A stretch of 32,617 nucleotides of DNA from Octopus bimaculoides (lineage: Eukaryota): NCBI RefSeq assembly GCF_001194135.2, contig NC_068984.1, positions 39,046,945 through 39,079,561 on the forward strand, given 5' to 3'. The notes below the pieces were generated by a model that saw only the letters and a list, made by a program, of their open reading frames with translations, did no database searches and was not told where the DNA came from. This document shows positions 19,096-31,282 of the stretch, one piece after another (position 1 is the stretch's first letter; each line of letters starts with the position of its first letter). The position numbers and the translations under genes were made by a program.

Positions 19096-21860
19096 GTAGC
19101 GAGGTTCAGAATTGAAATTGCGTTAGCCCAGTAACGAGGAATATAGGCCACAGCATATCAGGTACTATCAGCCTAATTGTCAGCTTATGATATTTCATCT
19201 GCAATCATTCGATCGTACGGTTTGAAGTGGAATTTTCTATGATTTTCCTGCCGTAATATGTCATAAATATAGAAGCGCAGGAAATCAGGGCATGGGTTTC
19301 AGGAGTTCCTGAGAGGACAGAATTCTTAGTCGCTGCTCAACCTCAGGTTAAAAAGAATCATCTGTCTACAATGAATGTCGTATCTCCCGCCTCTCATCAC
19401 ACAAATATGAAACTAGCCAATTCTTGGTCAAACTCAGCATTCATGTATGACTTTCTACTGATGATCAGTGATACAGTCTCCGGCAAGTAACTTTAGTGAT
19501 CAATGTAATGTTCATGTCTAAATAAATGGTCTCGTCGAAAATCTGAAATGGACTTGGATTTATATGGAAAGCAACACGCAGCCAAATTCAGCCCTAACAA
19601 TCATTTAACTCTGATTTATAAAAGTTTTGCTAGTGACCTCGACATCAAACAAGCAAATAATTCTAACATGGAACTTCAAGATAAAATGGTGCCCCCGCCA
19701 TGTTTAATTACAGCTTACCAATTTGGTAATCCTGACGTCGACGTCCAAACTAGTTACATTGCCGACACCCAACGATTAATCAAGCTACAATGGAGACCTC
19801 CGACGCAAGAAATGTCAGTCAAGGCCAGCCACGTTGATAGCCAACGTCTTTGAAGACAGCAAATCAATGACCACTTCGTCGTTAGAAATGGCAACCAAAA
19901 CAACAAATGAGATATCGACGCTGACACCTCCAATACAAACTACTGAATTCAACAGCGAAAGAGTCGCTCAACAAACTTCAAAACGAAAACGTCCGACAAA
20001 AATACAAATAATGCAATTTACAATTCGATATAGCTTTTACAAAGCACAGAGCACGACCTTCCATACATTGGTACCTCTGACGTCGACACCAATACAATAA
20101 CAAGTTAATTCAACCACTAACAATTGAACTTCAACGCCAACATGAACATAATATTTCGTTACCGGTCGACAGCCACGAATGACAATTAGTCTGTTAGAAA
20201 TAGCAACTAACATCGACCAGACAACACAACAACGAATTGGATCGGCGGTACAACAACGAATTGCAACAAAACTGTTTTGCACACATGATTTCACAGAAGA
20301 GACTCTCAAGAACTTTTTCTGTACTTGTTTTTATGTTTACTCTTCATTTCAATTTTATTTTTAAAAAATGAAAAAAAATCCTCCCTCTCTGCATATGTTA
20401 CTCGTTCGTAAACATGTTAATATCCTTGCAAGTATCACGTCCAAAGTAAACGAATTTTCCTGCAGACTTCGCCTGCAGTCAATTTCATACACGCATACTT
20501 ATTACATTGCATGAAAGATTATGCACCATCTATGAATTTACATTACCAACTGTTCTCTTGCAATGGTTTTTCGCTTTATATTCTTGTGTAAATGTTTGCA
20601 GTTTTTTCACGTTACTAAATTTAGCTGTACTCTTCTTGTTAGCATACATTTTTGCTGAACTTTGTTTTTAAATGTAAACCACGTGCATACACATTTGCCC
20701 TGTTCTCTTAGTATTTTCACATATAAAGAATACAAACCATTCTTTTCTGCGCCTTGCTTCAAGCCAGCTACTTTCCTCTATAAGACCTCGCAATGGTCAC
20801 GTTGAATATAAAATAAATTTAGATGGTTTAATGCATCCAACATCGCTCACAGTTTCCCTCAACATATACAGACAGAGCACAAACACTGCACTGTTCTCAA
20901 AACTGTTATCTCTGAGAACTGTTTTCTCTATTTGCATGTTTCGCGTTTCAGCACAATTTTGCATATTAGAAGTCTGAACACGGGGAATGATTTATTTGCT
21001 TTCACCTTGTTACATGCCTTTTTGCTTTCGTATTTTGCATTTCAAAACTTGCCTTGTTTGCAGTATTATGAGTTGGAGTTTTAAAATTTAGAATGTTCTC
21101 TATCTTGTGTCTGTTATTTTTCGTATACAGTTTTCTGCATATTTTATTAATATTGACAGTATTGTGGCCCTGTACATTTCTGCAGGTAACTTTTCGCATG
21201 ACGTCTCATTCAAGGCTTACATGCCATTTCTGTACGTAATTAATTTTTTGATGGCTTTTTTTTTTGCTAGTTTTATTTATTATAATGCATACATTACACA
21301 TTGTTCATTCGCATTGTAATAATTTTGTTACCATTTTATCCTCGTTCACCTGTTCTCCGACAACTTCACTGGAGGGAAAGTACTGTCGAGGGGTTTAGAA
21401 CTGAAACCACATTAGCTCAGTAACGAGTGATAGGTCGTAGCATATTAGGCGATGTTGGGTTAATTATCAGCCAATAATATTTCAGCTGCGATCGTACGAT
21501 TTGAAGTTACTTGAAATTTCTCCCAAAATATGGCTATAAATATAGAAGCACAGGACAAACAGGGCAAATGTTTTAGGGTTTCCTGAGAGGACAGGAGTTT
21601 TGGTCGCTGCTTGACCTCAGGTTATAGAGAATTATGAAAGAGGAATCTCCTGTCTCTCACCACACGAATATGTAACTAGTCAATTCTTGGCCAAACACAA
21701 CATACACATATAATTCTCAAATGATCATCAGTGATATAGCCTCCAGCGAGTAACTTTTGTGGTCACTGTAATGTTGATGTCTAAATAAATGGTCTCATCG
21801 AAAATCTGAAATGGACTTGTCTTATATGGGAAGCATCACACAACCAAATTCAGTCTAACA
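19096..21860 (+). mobile_element. Old non-autonomous LTR retrotransposon: about 0.5-kb direct repeats 19096-19599 and 21384-21860
   Basis: Both repeats carry TATA-like boxes (19263, 21535), AATAAA (19521, 21784) and end CTAACA. The purine tract GGAGGGAAAG (21371-21380) precedes the second repeat. A PBS-like motif lies at 19631-19647. No pol motifs inside. Confidence 0.7.
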
Positions 21861-22524
21861 AAATAACCACAAGGGTCAATAGCCCATCTAACCAAGTTAG
21901 AAATGATTAAAAACCGCAGTCTTTTTAGTAAAGCCGTTGGGTGACAGACTTTGTCGATTGTTGTAAGTAACAGCTATGTAGTATTGAGAAGATTCTTGTT
22001 CATCAGTAGTTTTGAGTTCATATCTATCTTGAAGTTGAGGAACGACAACAGCCGATTGACCCAGTGAATTTCTTACTCAAATTACAGCAGCAATAACTTC
22101 TGGACCGGGAGTTGAATTCAACTGCAAAAAATTTAATGACTTCTCGGAGTATCTCAGTTAATTTTACATGTTCATAGCCCGCTTAACTGTGTAGATCAGT
22201 TATTAGGTTTAATAGGAATGCTATCAAGATGGATTATCATCATTTACGAGAGTTATACAACTAATTGTAAACACTTTAAATCTATAATTTGTTGAATATA
22301 TATTAAAGTGTTTGAGTTTTCCCCCTTGCACCTGTTAGGAGAAATGTTAATTTTTTTTTTTAATATATAAAATTTGAATTTTTCTGACAGTTTACATCCT
22401 TTTCGCCTCTTGTTCTTGGATTAGAGTAAAATGGTAATACTCCTAGATTCTTGAAGCGCCTGTGTGAGAGGTTTCATTTTCAAAACGTTCTTTTAAAGGG
22501 AAATAACTACAGCGCATACACTTA

Positions 22525-22528
<4 letters not shown>

Positions 22529-22592
<64 letters not shown>
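22529..22592. repeat. (CA)n microsatellite
   Basis: Read directly from the sequence. Confidence 0.98.
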
Positions 22593-22594
<2 letters not shown>

Positions 22595-23162
22595 AGACAG
22601 ACACACACCCACACAACACCACCAACAACAATAACAACACCTATGCCAACAACGACATCAACATCAACTGCAAAAGTAACACCTGTCTCTTATTGACGTC
22701 ACGTGCCCTCTCTGCGGCTATTTCAGCTCACTTGCTAAATTTACCTGCTGCACGCCCTTTCCATTTGACTGTTAACCAATGCACCTGTCTATGTTTCAGG
22801 CCCCTAATACTGCATTTACCTCCTTAATTTAATATATGCCAGGACATTGTAGAAAGTTCTTCGCCTCTCAAGAATGATGTGTGTTTGCGCTTTTGCTTTT
22901 CAGTATACCTTTAAATTGATTGCTTATATACATGCACTATGCGCGAAGCACACACACACACGCGCACAAACGCACACACAGATAGACATACCACGAGGGA
23001 GATCTTTACTTGGTCATTCGACCTGCTAGAGATAGCAGTCATACTTCTCTCAAATCGCACCTTACTGTCATAGGAATATTGGATAATGTAGTCCCTGGTG
23101 TTCTGTGTGAAAGGGGAGAAAATAGTTACGTCTGGAATGCCTTTGAGGTCGATCGATCGATC

Positions 23163-23163
23163 C

Positions 23164-23230
<67 letters not shown>
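23163..23230. repeat. (ATCT)n microsatellite
   Basis: Read directly from the sequence. Confidence 0.98.
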
Positions 23231-23231
<1 letters not shown>

Positions 23232-24112
23232 GTGCATACATACACACATGCATACACACACACACGCATATGTATACACATACACGCATATGTTCATATG
23301 TTTCAGAAAAATTGCCATTTTCAAAAAATGAGAGAATATTCTAGTTTTAAATCTCCGAGCGAGAAGTATGTGGTAACAGTTACTTACAGTAAAGTCTATT
23401 TTCCAACGCAACGTGACAGTCCTACGCAGGACGATGTTACTACTTTTTATCCCCAGGAAAACATCTTTTCCAGCTGGCTACCGAAACATGATCTGTGTCC
23501 GTATACTTTGAGCAAGGGAGTTTAATGCTCCTTTTATAGACATAGTGATACCTGTAGACCAATGGTTTCTAAGTAATTTTTCTTTGTCGGTACAAGACAA
23601 CCGTTAGTGTCTTAAAAATGGTATACTAAAACGGTATAGGCACATTATAATGGTTGCCTGGGAATACATAGTTCAGTTGCACAGGGAGGTTCCTGCTAAA
23701 CTGGAATCCATGAAACGTGGCAGCTAACAGGGAGATTAGGGGGTGGGGTGGACAGAGGGTTAATGGGCCCAGTGGAGACGCTGATGAATGTACTGTCGTG
23801 AAAAAGTGAGAGGTATGAGAGTGGGTTAGAGTGGTAGGGAAGCGAGACACATTAAAGGGAAACGAAGGAGCTTGTACGTTGTTGCTTTGTCTGGCTGAAG
23901 TAGCTGTCAAATTTTTCTCATATTGTAGCACGCAGAGGTCGAAAGGAGTCTGCAGTATAATCTTTGAGTCTGCCGTATAATCCTGTTTAAAGGTTGGCAG
24001 ACTGGGGCGACACACATTCTAGCTGTGTCAATTCCTTAAGTCATACACTAATATCGTAAAATAGAAAAGAAGGATGCATTAGGTAATGTAGTCCTTCCAT
24101 ATATACTGTAAA

Positions 24113-24435
24113 GGCGCGTGGTTAAGTGGTTAGGGCACCCGGCTCACGGTCTTAAAGCCGTAAATTCAATTCCTGGCGGTGCGTTGTGTCCTTGAGCAAG
24201 ACACTTTATTTCACGCTGCTCCAGTCCGCTCAACTGGCAAAAATGAGTAGTGCCTGTGTTTCAAAGGGCCAGTATTGCCACATTCTGTGTCACGCTGAAT
24301 TTCCTTGAGAACTACGTTAGGGGTACACGTGTCTGTGGAGTGCTCAGCCACTTGCACGTTAATTTCACGAGCAGGTTGTTCCGCTGATCGGATCAACTGG
24401 AACCCTCGTCGTCGTAACCGAAGGAGTGCCAGTAA
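24113..24435 (+). mobile_element. tRNA-derived SINE, same core as 3599-3941 with a different tail
   Basis: Degenerate A and B boxes. The shared core TTGAGCAAGACACTTTATTTCACG...AAATGAGT lies at about 24179-24250. Confidence 0.85.
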
Positions 24436-24530
24436 TATATATTGTGCTTAAAACAAAATAAGATAGCATGGGCATGGCGGGAACGTCCCTGATCATAGAC
24501 TTGATCAACTAGAGCTGAGCTCGGGTTAAA

Positions 24531-24622
24531 CATCATCATCATCATCATCATCAACAACATCAACAGCAGCAGTAGTAGTAGCAGCATCAGCATCAGCAGC
24601 AGCAATAACAGCAACAACAACA
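24531..24622. repeat. Compound trinucleotide repeat (CAT/CAA/CAG/TAG)
   Basis: Read directly from the sequence. Confidence 0.95.
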
Positions 24623-25697
24623 GCTAATAGACGCATATCAACCCTTTACAGCTCTAATTTATCTAAGCGAGGTGTCTAATCACTGAAAGTGCACGACTAC
24701 TAGACGAATAGTCGGTGTTACGACTTAACGCTTACATACATTAAAGAAACATGAAGAATGGGTTTCAGAGACATTGCATAAAGAAAATATAGAATATCAA
24801 CCACAAAATAGCTCGCGTGACATCTACACGATTCGGTGACTTCACTTCAATAGCCGCTACCGAACAAAAATTACACAAAATATTGCAGTTAATGATAACC
24901 TGAGTGGTTGGTATATAAATCTATTAAAAACGGACATATAAAAAAGAAGAAAGGGAGTCAATTTATCATGGAGAAGTATAACTGTATTGCTAAGGTAGTG
25001 AAAATACATTCTCGGTTCTTTACTGGAATAATATAAATTGGATGGTGGCTTTAAAGGAGATTTTAAGAAAGATATTTAATCACTGATAGGGCTCAATTAG
25101 TAGTCGCCACTATGATTTAATAAGTGTATGTGCGTCTGTAGTGAATGGGTGTATGTGTATATATATAAGTAATTAAGATTCATTTGAATTAGGTACTTAA
25201 GTTGAAGCACCATTTCAGTTCAGTATTATCCACACAATTCGAAATAAGGTAAATAAAATCAAAATAAGTAGCAGGATTTCAAGTAGTAATGCAGTACGAC
25301 CGTTTCAAGCGACTCCATTTAATTGAACAACACAACCATTGCATTAATTTAAATACAGCGCAAATATGGATTTTCAACAGACAAGATAAAATCATATATT
25401 AATATGATTTTTCTTAAATATTTTAACGGAGCAAGAGGATGGAAGAATTCAATGTTGTCACTATTGTAGCAAGAATTTCTTGCTCTCACTGGGAACTGCA
25501 ATCATTTGAAACGAAAGGGAAGATTTGTTGGAATTGATATTCTAGGTATAAATACAATATCTCCCTTACCACATCCACTGAGGATTTTTGCTTCGATAAT
25601 GTGAGGCTGTAGCTCAGTTACATCCGTGTACCATTACACAATCTTGGCCGATCCCGGTTTCTGAGAAGCATGATGACTGCGCCCTTCCTTAAGTAAC

Positions 25698-25798
25698 GTT
25701 ACCACCCCATTGCCACTGCTGTCCTCGCCTTCACCGATATAAGTCACCCTCTCTCTGTTACTCTTTCCCTCAGACAGCAGTGGCAATGGGGTGGTAAC
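25698..25798. repeat. Perfect 26-bp inverted repeat with a 49-nt spacer
   Basis: GTTACCACCCCATTGCCACTGCTGTC (25698-25723) and its exact reverse complement (25773-25798). Confidence 0.97.
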
Positions 25799-25894
25799 CT
25801 TCCCATTTTATCATATAATTAGCCCAACGCCCCTGGGGAGCACTTTATAGAGTTTTATTGAAATCCAATTAGCCTATTATTTAACTGGATGTTA

Positions 25895-26002
25895 GTGTAA
25901 CATGTATGCAAAGTTTCGTGAATATTGGTTCGCTGGTTTAGGCACTAAGATGGTAACAAACAGACAGCAGACAGAAATTGCCATATGTATGTGTATATAT
26001 AT
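25895..26002 (-). mobile_element. Possible 5' end of a non-autonomous Helitron-like element
   Basis: The minus strand reads TATATA...TGTCTGCTGTCTGTTTGTTACC...AACCAATATTCACGAAACTTTGC. This resembles the 5' ends of animal non-autonomous Helitrons (recalled pattern only). Confidence 0.35.
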
Positions 26003-26240
26003 CTGTTACAGTCTGTCATACCGGCCATGAATCCTTTATATTGAACACTCAATATTTCATATATTCAATAAGACATTCAATACTTCATTTCCTTGTCCCA
26101 TCCATCTTTTTTTATATTATATATTATATATTCCATATATAAAAACATAAAAAAACAGACAGAGTTGGAACTCTTTTAAATAAAATAATATATTCCTCTA
26201 TACACGATCATACAAAACCCTTTTTTTGTATTTATTTTTA

Positions 26241-26243
<3 letters not shown>

Positions 26244-26278
<35 letters not shown>
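26244..26278. repeat. (TA)n microsatellite
   Basis: Read directly from the sequence. Confidence 0.97.
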
Positions 26279-26279
<1 letters not shown>

Positions 26280-26283
<4 letters not shown>

Positions 26284-27342
26284 GAAGTGGCGACAAACAT
26301 TACTTCTCAGTAATGAGAAGTTAATGGGTGTGTTTCAAACACGAACTAAAGATGGAACTGCTCAGAAGTCCCTGTGGACTGTGGACATCAACGAGCCCTA
26401 CAAAGTAACAAAGGTACAAGAAAAGTATTGATAGTGTTTAAGAAAATCTGTACGGCAAGCGAGCCATAAGACAAGAATTTCAAAACTTAGCATCCATTGC
26501 ATGTTGAAGCACTGTCATTTGAAGAGTTGCATTCCAAAAATAGTCCATTCTCTCGATGAAGATGATCTGGACAAAAAATGGCGTTTTGTGCAAATGATAC
26601 TTGGAAAGAAGTGTAGAAGATGCACACTTTACGACAAAATTTGTTCAGAATGATGAGGGTACATTTAAGTTAAATGGTCTAATTAACTGTCACATTTGTA
26701 CCTACTGAGGACTTGAGAATCTGCTTATAATGGAGGAACATCATGTTGGTATACTATGAGTTACAATTTGGTGCAGCTTATCAAAAGGATTAACTGGACC
26801 ATTCTTTTTTGATGGTACTGTGACTGGTCCAATTTACTTGAACTTACTGCAACAATTTGTCATGCCAAGCATTTAAAAGGACTCTGATGATGTAGAGTTT
26901 TATTCACAGCAAGATGGGACACTCCTTATAATAATAATGTAAGGGCCCACTTTCATGAGATTTTGCCAAACAGGTGGATGGGACGAAGAAATTCAGTAGA
27001 ATACTCTCGATATTTACTGGACTCACATCATTGGATCTTTTTAATGGGGATACTTAAAAGATAAAGTTTACAGTACAAAACCGGAAACAGTCGACGAACT
27101 GAGGGTAGCCTTCGAACGAGTATGCGCATAAAATAGCAAACAAAATATTTCTTGATGTTTGCAATTCCAATGCTTCGCGTTCTCAACAGTGTTTGGTCGA
27201 GAATGGCCAGCAATTTGAAAACGCGTTCATAATAAAAAGAAAATTAAACCATATATTCTATTAAATTTTGAAACTAAAATGCATTTTAACTTTATAATCA
27301 TCCAGTGCGTGTATAGGCTTTTATTTTTTTATGACACCCAGA
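26280..27342 (+). mobile_element. Decayed Tc1/mariner transposon, DD41D (rosa/Visitor-like) family
   Basis: Frameshifted transposase: [39 protein letters not shown] and WGYLKDKVY. Catalytic D codons at about 26652, 26913 and 27034. A TIR-like TGACACCC lies near 27332-27339. Confidence 0.85.
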
Positions 27343-27810
27343 TGATAATTAAACACACACACATGCACGCACGCACGCACACATAATGAAGATTATGCAC
27401 GATATGTGTGTATATTATAAAAATCTTTTGTTTTTTGATCTTTCCGTTTCACTTTCTAAGTAAACCAAACTATAGAAATTTCGGTTAGTAATAATTTCGG
27501 AAACCAAAAAGAACCCCCTGAAGATACCGGGATTGAACTAGAGATTTTTTTTTAGATTATCAACATAACGGTCTCATTTAAAATGCTTCCGCGCATGACC
27601 TCTAATTTTTAATTATATATATTTACTCTAATTAAAATGAGAATATTATGCTAATGTATTCTAAGATAATTGCATCAAACAATTAAACGATGGAAAAAAG
27701 AATTCAAGATTGTAGCATTTAGACTATAGAGAGTGCCTGTGAAGGAGGACGAAAGCAACTTTTGAAAGGACTTTGAAGTCCGATTTCGACCTGCAACCTC
27801 AAGTTGTATG

Positions 27811-27829
27811 CGTGTGTGTGTGTGTATGA

Positions 27830-27911
<82 letters not shown>
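27811..27911. repeat. (GT)n then (GA)n microsatellite
   Basis: Read directly from the sequence. Confidence 0.97.
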
Positions 27912-27914
<3 letters not shown>

Positions 27915-28340
27915 GAAAATAAGCTTAGCGGAAGAAGTCTGAGTTGCCAGTGGTATGTATTTGAATAATATGACCGAAGAAGAGTATATATTTCGGGAGG
28001 GTCATGATCCCATTAGTTCTGTTTCACTTTGTTATTCGTTAATTGCCTAACTATTTAACGATGTGACGAATAGCAAAAAAGTAAAATAAAACCAGTGCGT
28101 GTGTTTATTATTGGCATAACGATCCTCTCGAGGTACAACAAGATCTGATTCAACACATAAGTTCACATCAAGAATCCTGCAAACCAAATATAAAAACAAA
28201 ACATATATACATGTTTGAAAATTCATGATTTATTGATATTATCTCTGCTTCCACAAGAGATAGAAAAGTAGTAGCTTTGTAGTATTTTGGATAATCTGCA
28301 AATGAGAAGAGGAGATAATCTCAAGAATACTCCAATATTG

Positions 28341-28772
28341 GTTTCAAATTTTGGCACAAGGCCAGCAATTTCGGGGTGGAGGGACTAAGTCGATTACATC
28401 GACCCCAGTGCTCAACTGGTACTTTATCCACCCTGCAAAGGATGAAAGGCAAAGTTGAATTTGAACTCAGAACATAAAGACAGACGAATGACGCTAAGCA
28501 TTTTACTCGGCGTGTTAACGATTCTGCCAGCTCGTCATCTTAAGAATTCTCCAATATTGGTTTCAAATTGTAACGCAAGACCAGCAATTTCGGGTAGAGG
28601 AGATTAAGTCGATTACATCGATCCCAGCGCTCAACTGGTACTTATTTTAATGACCTCGATAGGATGAAAGGCAAGGTCGGCTTTGGCGAAATTTGAACTC
28701 AGAACATAAAGACACACGAACGCTGCCATGCATTTTGTCTGGCGTGCTAGCGATCGTGCCAGCTGTCACCTT
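28341..28772 (-). mobile_element. Two tandem SINE copies (about 28341-28541 and 28560-28772)
   Basis: Each is homologous to 17694-17903. They are separated and flanked by three copies of AAGAAT(a/t)(ct/ag)CCAATATTG. Confidence 0.9.
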
Positions 28773-29328
28773 AAGAATTAGCCAATATTGATATACCATT
28801 CCGTCTCTTTAATGGTAACATCGATTTTGGAGAATTTTTTGTTTCTTCGGATTATCTCCCCTTCTTTCTTGCAGTTGGTTCTAAATCCCACCAGGCAATT
28901 GTTTACCCTTCTCTAGAAGTGGAGACGTAATTTGAATAAATCAAGACTATATCTAATATAATATTTGTTATCTTGTATGACATTTAATTCCATATAGTAA
29001 GGAATTAATTTTATATGGCATTAATGCCTTTATTCGTCTTTGTCGTCGTCATCATTGTTGTTGTGTGTATGTGTGTATACGTGTGTGTTATCGTAGCGCT
29101 TGGGAAAATGGGAGGTATTACATTCAAGCGTTTCCCAAGAGTAGTAGAAAACTTAATGAAACAGGTAAAACCAGAAATCGAATCTGGGTCGTAAACACGG
29201 TTCACCGGGAAATAACTTCGTACACTCGGTGCTCACCACATATGTAAGGGCGTCCATACACACATGCACACACATAATTGTGTGTCTGTATATGTATGAA
29301 TGTTTCTATGTATGTGCGACACAAAGGA

Positions 29329-29537
29329 CATTATATATATATATATATATATATATACACGCGCGCGCACACATATACATACACGTAGGTGTATATTTGC
29401 ACGTTTCACTGTGCTGATACACACGCGCGCGCACATATATACACATATACATATATAAACACATACACACACACAGTCACACACACATATACCCATACAA
29501 ATAAGCAAACACACACCCACACACACACAAACACACA
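29329..29537. repeat. Mixed (AT)/(CA)/(CG) microsatellite region
   Basis: Read directly from the sequence. Confidence 0.9.
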
Positions 29538-29542
29538 GACTA

Positions 29543-30428
29543 GAGAGGCCTTAAGCCAATAGGTTTTGGGATCTGATGATACGCCATAAAGCTATGGACG
29601 TGAAACCTAAGGTAATCCCATAAACCGGCCTTATCTAACTTTAATATAGTAACGAAGCTAAAGAACACAGATTGAAGCCGCTGGACAAAGATTGATCTTG
29701 AACTCTGCTGTGCATGCGCAGTAAGTTTTAACGTTCTAGCTCACTTCCGCTGTTCAAAGCGGTGCTTGGAAAGAACGTGTGTAGCGTGTGATCGTCGCAT
29801 TGCCCATGACAGAGAAAGTCGTCATGGCGATACCTGCTCAGACGCCGACGGTAAGTTGTAGAAAGGAATGTGTGAGTGGTTCAGATTTTTTCAAGATGGC
29901 CGAAAAAAGTCAATATTGACGAACGTTGTGGGAGACCCGAAAACAGCAGAACAGAGAAAAACATCACAGATGTGCATGCAGCTGTGAGGGGAAATCGTCG
30001 AATCACCATCCGTAAGTTATCAGAGGATGTGCAGATTAGTTACGGTTCAGTTCAGTCCATTATCACTGAAGATTTGGGTGTGAGATGCGTGTCAGTCAAG
30101 TTGGTGCTAAAACTGCTTTCAGCTGACCAAAAAGACACTCGAGTTCCAGTTGCACAAAATCTCCTTGTGTCGAGAACAATGAAAACTTTTTGAAAACTTT
30201 GCGTAGGCCTCTGAGCAGGTATCGCTAAGCTTTTGGTAACATCTGATACGGATTCTCTACTCAACTTTCTCTGTCATGGTCATTGCGACGATCACACGCT
30301 ACACACGTTCCTTCCAAGCACTGCTATAAACGACGGAATTGAGCCACAGCGTTAAAACTTAGTGCGCATGCATAGAAAAGTTCAAAGTCAATCTATGCCA
30401 AGTCCGGATACTTATTGATCAAACCTCG
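29543..30428. mobile_element. Mariner-derived element made of two inverted 5' ends
   Basis: 29689-29846 is the reverse complement of 30206-30394, with a deletion in the left arm. A transposase N-terminal HTH region (ORF 29876-30193: ERCGRP, NRRITIRKLSE, LVLKLLS) lies on plus. A second N-terminus starts at 30277 on minus. The left boundary is uncertain. Confidence 0.8.
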
Positions 30429-30442
30429 TGTGTGTGTGTGTG

Positions 30443-30532
<90 letters not shown>
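30428..30532. repeat. (TG)n(TA)n(CA)n microsatellite
   Basis: Read directly from the sequence. Confidence 0.97.
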
Positions 30533-30533
<1 letters not shown>

Positions 30534-31282
30534 TTCAAGGTTTTTAACTTTTAAATTCGTATATTTNNNNNNNNNNTTTAACTTTTAAATTCGTATATTT
30601 AAAAGAAATAGAAACTTCAAACTCGATATATCCAAGATCGATTTATTTACCACTCTATGTCAACATTTCTGTGCCCAAACTTATCCAGTGACTGGTCCAT
30701 TGGATTTCCGACATTTGACACTTCACCATCATAACAAATTACAAAAAAACACATACATAACGATCATAATAAATTATTAAATTATTAAAATTTCTTTTAC
30801 GTCCACCATTATTTTCCCGTTATTATATATATANNNNNNNNNNNNNNNNNNNNNNNNNNNNNNNNNNNNNNNNNNNNNNNNNNNNNNNNNNNNNNNNNNN
30901 NNNNNNNNNNNNNNNNNNNNNNNNNNNNNNNNNNNNTTAATTTAGTTATTAATTTTTCAATTTATTATCTATTATCCCCTATATGGCGACTATATTAATT
31001 CCCCTAGAGGGTTCACATGTCTATTATTTCATTTTATATTATTATTGTTAGGTCTCTTTACTTTGCTAAGAGAGATCACAGTTCAGCCATCAAACCTCCT
31101 AGGAATCATTACAAGCCCCTTTACTAAAAAAATTTATTAATATTTTGATATTTTATCATTCTTTGCTATTACCATTTTTTTCTATGGTTTTCATATAAAA
31201 AAACTTGACCCTCATCTCTTCCTACTAAATGCTTAGTTATTTATTTTGTTCTCAGTTCTTACTTTTATTTCATATCTACCCT

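Noticed and set aside
22443-24620. ORFs with poly-HT, SIYL, poly-L/M repeats and the 129-aa minus ORF 23626-24015
   Set aside because: Most are microsatellite translations. The 129-aa ORF has no identifiable motif.
30543-30600. 24-bp direct repeat around a 10-N gap
   Set aside because: Same unmerged-overlap artefact.
30937-31282. Possible mitochondrial insertion (NUMT)
   Set aside because: It is AT-rich and hydrophobic when translated, but I could not match it to any mitochondrial protein. It abuts a gap and may be low-quality sequence.
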